From contig CAZTNC010000015.1 in the NCBI GenBank assembly GCA_964614915.1, positions 89,196-153,195 of the forward strand: a DNA stretch of 64,000 nt, in the 5' to 3' direction. The stretch comes from an uncultured Thiotrichales bacterium. GTDB lineage: Bacteria > Pseudomonadota > Gammaproteobacteria > UBA4575. A program made the translations under genes and the position numbers. Positions 60,068 through 64,000 of this stretch are shown piece after piece. Position 1 is the stretch's first letter; every line of letters starts with the position of its first letter. The notes under the pieces were generated by a model. That model was given only the letters and a program-made list of their open reading frames with translations. It searched no databases and was not told the DNA's origin.

Positions 60068-61426
60068 TTAAGCCGCGACCCTGGCCTTGCTTCCTGATAA
60101 CATTTTTTTCACGCGCTGGCATATTCCCTCCAGGACTTCCTGGTCTGTAGGGAAAGGCGAATCAAATGCAGGACGCAGAGAAATCGGGACATCGTCCATT
60201 CTGTACACCGTTCCGCCGGTGTTGATCCCGTAGGTCGCTACTGCAAAACGCACCCTGGAAAGCCGGGTGGTATGGGTCTCTTTCACGTCCATGGAAATGA
60301 CCGGTATTTTCTCCAGATGCTCGATGGCTTTCTTCGAGAAATTGGATGCCGGGTCAGAGGCAACAATCATTGCAGCATCAGCTTCCCCTCTGGCAAGCAC
60401 ATCACTGGTCGTAAATTCACCTGGATTAAACCTCGGGTATCCCCGGTTAAAATTGACGCCGAATGGATAGCCGGTCTGCCATGAAACGACATTGTCTGCA
60501 CCGGTCACATTGCCATGGCCCCGAACGGGTTTGGCAACAAAGTGTGTAAACTCATTGAGATCAGAGGCCAGGGAATAGATGGCACCCGAATTGAAATGTC
60601 GTCCACGGGTCATGGTCAGACCCATACCCATGAACAGCACCCCAAACTGGCAGTTCTTCATGCGCTGCACCAAATCATCCAGCACTTCCCGCGACACGCC
60701 GGTCTGCTCTTCAATGTTCTCGCTGATTTTCTTTCCCTTGACAAGGGCACGTAACGCCCACAGCAGTTCAAAATCCTTGCCGGGCTTAACCTGTACAAAG
60801 ATATCCGCCACAGGAGTACTGGGTGTTTTGCGTACATCAACCAGAACCACGGTGCGGTCTTTTTTGCCGTTCGGAATGAACATGCCTTTTGGAGTCACAG
60901 CATAACGCGTGAAATGGCGGGGATGGGATTCAGCCGGGTTGCCACCCCAATAAATGACTAGGTCAGCACGGTTTTTGATTTCGCCCAAAGTTGCCGTGCT
61001 TTCGCCCACGCCCTGAAACGCCATTCCCGACGGGCCGTGGCATACCGAGGTCGTCGTATCAATATTGCCATTGATAGTGTCCATGATGTCGACCGCTACA
61101 CGCTGAGCCTCACATGGGCAATCGCTGAGTCCATAGGTAATGGGAAACTTCGCATCTACCAGAATTCGAGCGGCCTCATCCAGACCCTCATCCAAAGTAG
61201 CCTCCTTGCCATCGATCAGCACTACCGGTCGGTCTTCGAGTGTGTGCTCATAGAACCAAGCCCGCCCAAGCACACATGCCTTCTTGGCCTTGGTGATTCG
61301 GTGCGCATCAAGGTCGACTGTCAGTTCCATGTCGTCACAGACGCAACCGCAAAACGTGCAGGTCGCATCCTTTACGATCCTGATATTCTTGTTCTCCTTG
61401 GACTTAGGCTTGGCTGCTTCTGGCAT
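60068..61426 (-). CDS. fhcB: formyltransferase/hydrolase complex subunit B (FwdB homologue)
   Basis: 452 aa; N-terminal Cys cluster CTFCGCVCDD...ACVLGRAWF, molybdopterin-oxidoreductase-like body, SVCHGPS motif retained. Confidence 0.85.
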   Translation of the reverse strand: MPEAAKPKSKENKNIRIVKDATCTFCGCVCDDMELTVDLDAHRITKAKKACVLGRAWFYEHTLEDRPVVLIDGKEATLDEGLDEAARILVDAKFPITYGLSDCPCEAQRVAVDIMDTINGNIDTTTSVCHGPSGMAFQGVGESTATLGEIKNRADLVIYWGGNPAESHPRHFTRYAVTPKGMFIPNGKKDRTVVLVDVRKTPSTPVADIFVQVKPGKDFELLWALRALVKGKKISENIEEQTGVSREVLDDLVQRMKNCQFGVLFMGMGLTMTRGRHFNSGAIYSLASDLNEFTHFVAKPVRGHGNVTGADNVVSWQTGYPFGVNFNRGYPRFNPGEFTTSDVLARGEADAAMIVASDPASNFSKKAIEHLEKIPVISMDVKETHTTRLSRVRFAVATYGINTGGTVYRMDDVPISLRPAFDSPFPTDQEVLEGICQRVKKMLSGSKARVAA

Positions 61427-61463
61427 AAAACATCCTCAACAAATATAAACCGGTAGCCTTGGA

Positions 61464-61808
61464 TCAGCTTTTTACCTTAGTCACTTCAACTTGCATATGC
61501 TTTGACATCGGCATTCCAGAGGCTGCTGTATCGGACTCCATCAACTGGCTCGAAGATGGTCCATAGGGGATAAAAATCATTCCCGAGGGCAGATCTTCTT
61601 CTTTTTTGCCTATACACGTGACAACTGCCTGACCTATATCTGATTTTAGCCGAATCTTGTCGCCGTTACTAAGCTTCAGCCGTCGCATATCCTGCTCGTT
61701 CAACTCCGCTGTGGTCGTCACTTCCAGATATTCATCCTTGAGCTTGCCCTTGTTCAGCGATGTCCCCTGTTTTTGGGAGCGTCCGGGTACAAGTATCATC
61801 GTTTCCAC
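61464..61808 (-). CDS. FwdD-like molybdopterin-dinucleotide-binding-domain protein
   Basis: 114 aa; ILVPGRSQKQG, NGDKIRLKSDIGQAVVTCIGKKEEDLPSGMIFIPYGP, ESDTAASGMPMSKHMQVEV parallel methanogen FwdD (LILNTGRTIWQG, EGDNVKVISEYGDVVVKA...LPEGMAYMPMGP, TDSTATPSFKNIPVEI). GTG start. Confidence 0.65.
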   Translation of the reverse strand: METMILVPGRSQKQGTSLNKGKLKDEYLEVTTTAELNEQDMRRLKLSNGDKIRLKSDIGQAVVTCIGKKEEDLPSGMIFIPYGPSSSQLMESDTAASGMPMSKHMQVEVTKVKS

Positions 61809-62067
61809 TGCGCATGTATCCTCGAAAACCTGGCAAAAACTGATTTCAGGTGAAGAGAAAATGGAGAAGCAGTTCGGGACGTCGAGCCTGAATCTGCCGG
61901 TTGCCCGCCGGATAATTGATCCAGCGGTTGTGTGCTAACTCTGCAACTGTCGACTATCCCCATATTCTACTGTATTTCCCTAGAAGATACCTTCTTAAAG
62001 TTGATGCCTGTGCCTCTGATGACTTCCCCTGGAGAACGGGATTAGCGAGTCAGCGGGTTTGCTCAGG

Positions 62068-63276
62068 CTATCTGAAATCGACACCTAATGAAATCGTACT
62101 GAAATAGCCAAAAGCATCCGAATATACAATGCGGGCGGCAGAGTGCGGTTGCCCGCTGGCCAGGCTTTCACCGTGCCTTGCATAGCGTATTTCCGGGACC
62201 CGGGAGAGATACTCGCCGCCTGCTGCCCACCGCAAGACTAGACTCTCAGACAAATCTACGCTCAGGGACACTTCCACGCCCAGTGTTGCAGCCACTTCCG
62301 AATCACTGTCATCCCAGTCCGTCAACTCGTTCAGGGCAGGTTCTGCTGAAGACAGCCGTGTTCTCTGTGAGCCATCATACTCGGAGTCGAGGTAAAAAAG
62401 TCCCAGCTTGCCGTCAAGCGCCAGCTGCCAGCGCTGCTTGAACGGAACCTCAATGCGCCCACCCAGGTCAGCGCCATAATACGAAGCCTCCATATCTTCT
62501 TCCAAGGTCAGGTTGTTGACTGCCGGGTCCCGGTTGGATTCATAGGCGAAGGTTTCAGATTCCTGGTCCAGCTTCCTGAAGCTGGGCCCAAAATACAGCA
62601 TCGACCGGGCCTGCCCTATCTGTGAAAACAAAGCCCCGGTCACAAGACCCAGGCCATAGTAATCGACCTCCCGCCGAGTTCTGATCTGGATAGGATCACC
62701 CCATGCAAAATTCGGGGCTCCGAAAGGGACTGCAGCACCGTCTATCCTGCCAATCCAGCCGACAGAACGAACATGCGGGTCATTTTTGATGAGCGATACG
62801 AGATGCGGCTCGGTCTCGGCTGTAATGCAAGCCCCAAGTTCGGTTCCCTGCGGGCAATACTGACTTTCAAACTGGGTCCGGACTTCGGTCCAAGCGGCAG
62901 TATCCTCACTGTATTCGTTGACATGTGTCGAACTGTACGAAGCGAGAAAACCACTTAACTCGGTGAACAGGTCCCGTCCGAAAGCGTGATACTTTCGCCC
63001 GGCGGTCAATTGGACCCGTGAGCCAGACCTGAATTCAGCATCATAGTGCTCAAGGAAGCCGACCACCTCTTCGCGTCCGTTTGTCCTAACAAACGGACTG
63101 AACTCGGGCAGATCAAGGAAATGCAAGCCTCCGCCTGCACGGAGGTAGAACGCCTCCTCGCTCGGGTCGCCTGGTGTAACGGCATTGACCTGCAGACAAA
63201 ACAGGGTGAGCAAGATAACCGTGATACATTGTAGAGCAGATAAGGAAAGTGGTTTTTTCAGATGTAGTGCCATCAT
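62068..63276 (-). CDS. hypothetical outer-membrane (beta-barrel-like) protein with signal peptide
   Basis: 402 aa; signal peptide ...LTLFCLQVNA. Alternating amphipathic beta-strand pattern with abundant Y/G/D and C-terminal ...ISLGVDFR. No family recognised. Confidence 0.45.
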   Translation of the reverse strand: MMALHLKKPLSLSALQCITVILLTLFCLQVNAVTPGDPSEEAFYLRAGGGLHFLDLPEFSPFVRTNGREEVVGFLEHYDAEFRSGSRVQLTAGRKYHAFGRDLFTELSGFLASYSSTHVNEYSEDTAAWTEVRTQFESQYCPQGTELGACITAETEPHLVSLIKNDPHVRSVGWIGRIDGAAVPFGAPNFAWGDPIQIRTRREVDYYGLGLVTGALFSQIGQARSMLYFGPSFRKLDQESETFAYESNRDPAVNNLTLEEDMEASYYGADLGGRIEVPFKQRWQLALDGKLGLFYLDSEYDGSQRTRLSSAEPALNELTDWDDSDSEVAATLGVEVSLSVDLSESLVLRWAAGGEYLSRVPEIRYARHGESLASGQPHSAARIVYSDAFGYFSTISLGVDFR

Positions 63277-63363
63277 GGCAGTCTTCTATAATCCTTTTGG
63301 GTTGGCAGGTTTCACATAAATCCGCAGGATGACGGCATTGGGTACATGGCAATGTCTTTCGTG

Positions 63364-63391
63364 CGGTTGTTCACGACTATGTGAACAACCG
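63364..63391. promoter_or_regulatory. perfect 11-bp inverted repeat CGGTTGTTCAC-N6-GTGAACAACCG (candidate operator) in the OMP/DUF4242 divergent region
   Basis: Read directly. It lies about 50 nt upstream of an extended -10-like TGGTATAAT (63441-63449), which is itself about 75 nt upstream of the DUF4242 start. Confidence 0.4.
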
Positions 63392-63524
63392 TTGAATATG
63401 CCACATCACGCCTGCAGATACACTATTCCACGGATAAGCTGGTATAATCCTTACGTAAAATTTACAGGCTTGTGCTACGAGCAAGCCACTGCTGAAAAAT
63501 AACATCTATCAGGAGAAGCTAACC

Positions 63525-63797
63525 ATGCCAAGATATTTAATCGAACGTGAGATTCCTGGGGCCGGTGATCTGAGCGGTGATGACCTCAAAGGTATTTCTC
63601 AAAAATCGTGCAGCATTTTAAAGGAAATGGGCCCGCAGATTCAGTGGGTTGAAAGCTATGTGACCGACGACAAGGTCTACTGCACCTACATCGCACCGAA
63701 TGAAGATGAAATACGAAAGCACGCCGAAGAAGGTGGGTTCCCGGCGAATAAGATTGTTGAAATCAAGAATGTGATCAGCCCAACGACCGCAGAATAG
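63525..63797 (+). CDS. DUF4242-family small protein
   Basis: 90 aa; MPRYLIEREIPGAG...VYCTYIAPNEDEIRKHAEEGG fits the DUF4242 (SCO4226-like) pattern. AGGAGAAG SD 7 nt upstream. Confidence 0.5.
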   Translation: MPRYLIEREIPGAGDLSGDDLKGISQKSCSILKEMGPQIQWVESYVTDDKVYCTYIAPNEDEIRKHAEEGGFPANKIVEIKNVISPTTAE

Positions 63798-63887
63798 CGT
63801 ATCTCCAAAATTTGTATACAAGCCAAGCGGCTGCTCTGTCCATAGGGTCTGAACCTGGACAGAGTCGCCTGTCTTGGTAGTCAGTTT

Positions 63888-63912
63888 GGAAGGAGTTCAC
63901 CTTCCTTTTCCT
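63888..63912 (+). terminator. candidate intrinsic terminator downstream of the DUF4242 gene
   Basis: GGAAGG-AGTTCA-CCTTCC followed by TTTTCCTT. It is preceded by a second perfect 9-bp hairpin, CTCTGTCCA-N13-TGGACAGAG, at 63834-63864. Confidence 0.45.
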
Positions 63913-64000
63913 TGCCAACATTCAGGCCCAAAAACTTTTTCAAGTTTTCCAGAAAAGGCGCAGTCTCAGAATCTGATGCATCTCCTCTCACCAGGCGTTG

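Noticed and set aside
1-64000. tRNA/rRNA genes, CRISPR arrays, IS elements, integrases, phage genes
   Set aside because: No tRNA T-arm/anticodon-arm signatures, repeat-spacer periodicity, transposase/integrase ORFs or terminal inverted repeats were seen by eye. The window is gene-dense core-like chromosome apart from the C1 island, which has no flanking mobility genes inside the window.

Overview
This 64-kb window looks like a chromosomal segment of a gammaproteobacterial methylotroph or methanotroph. GC is roughly 50-55%, and the gene order surE-pcm, prfB-lysS and sdhCDAB-sdhE-ygfZ is gammaproteobacterial. The window is almost fully coding, with about 65 CDSs and no rRNA, tRNA, CRISPR or obvious mobile element. 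The left half (1-35.5 kb) is housekeeping: surE-pcm-dedA, smrB, fadE, molybdopterin genes moeA/moaE/moaB, aguA-aguB, a complete ccmABCDEFGHI operon, mfd, mtnP, mscS, nagZ, zapE, mdh, sdhCDAB-sdhE, ygfZ, lysS, and prfB with its programmed +1 frameshift. ccmD was found by manual translation; it is below the ORF-track size cut-off. The right half (35.6-61.8 kb) is an 'archaeal-like' C1 island. It carries fae, mch, mtdB-like, mptG, mptN, pabB-like, CitG-like, DHPS-like, DUF447 and HisA-like genes, the methanofuran-biosynthesis homologues mfnB/mfnE/mfnF/mfnD, and the formyltransferase/hydrolase genes fhcB-fhcA-fhcD-fhcC preceded by an FwdD-like gene. Embedded in or flanking the island are an RND/MMPL-type exporter, an fdxA-fpr-ABM module, a 79-aa orphan ORF, an outer-membrane protein and a DUF4242 protein. 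The points I would look at again are: the exporter inside the cofactor cluster; the FwdD-like gene plus Cys-retaining FhcB; several perfect inverted repeats in intergenic regions; two divergent genes whose start codons lie 6 nt apart; and an antisense-overlapping small membrane ORF. All calls are from reading the translations and motifs by eye; no database search was possible.
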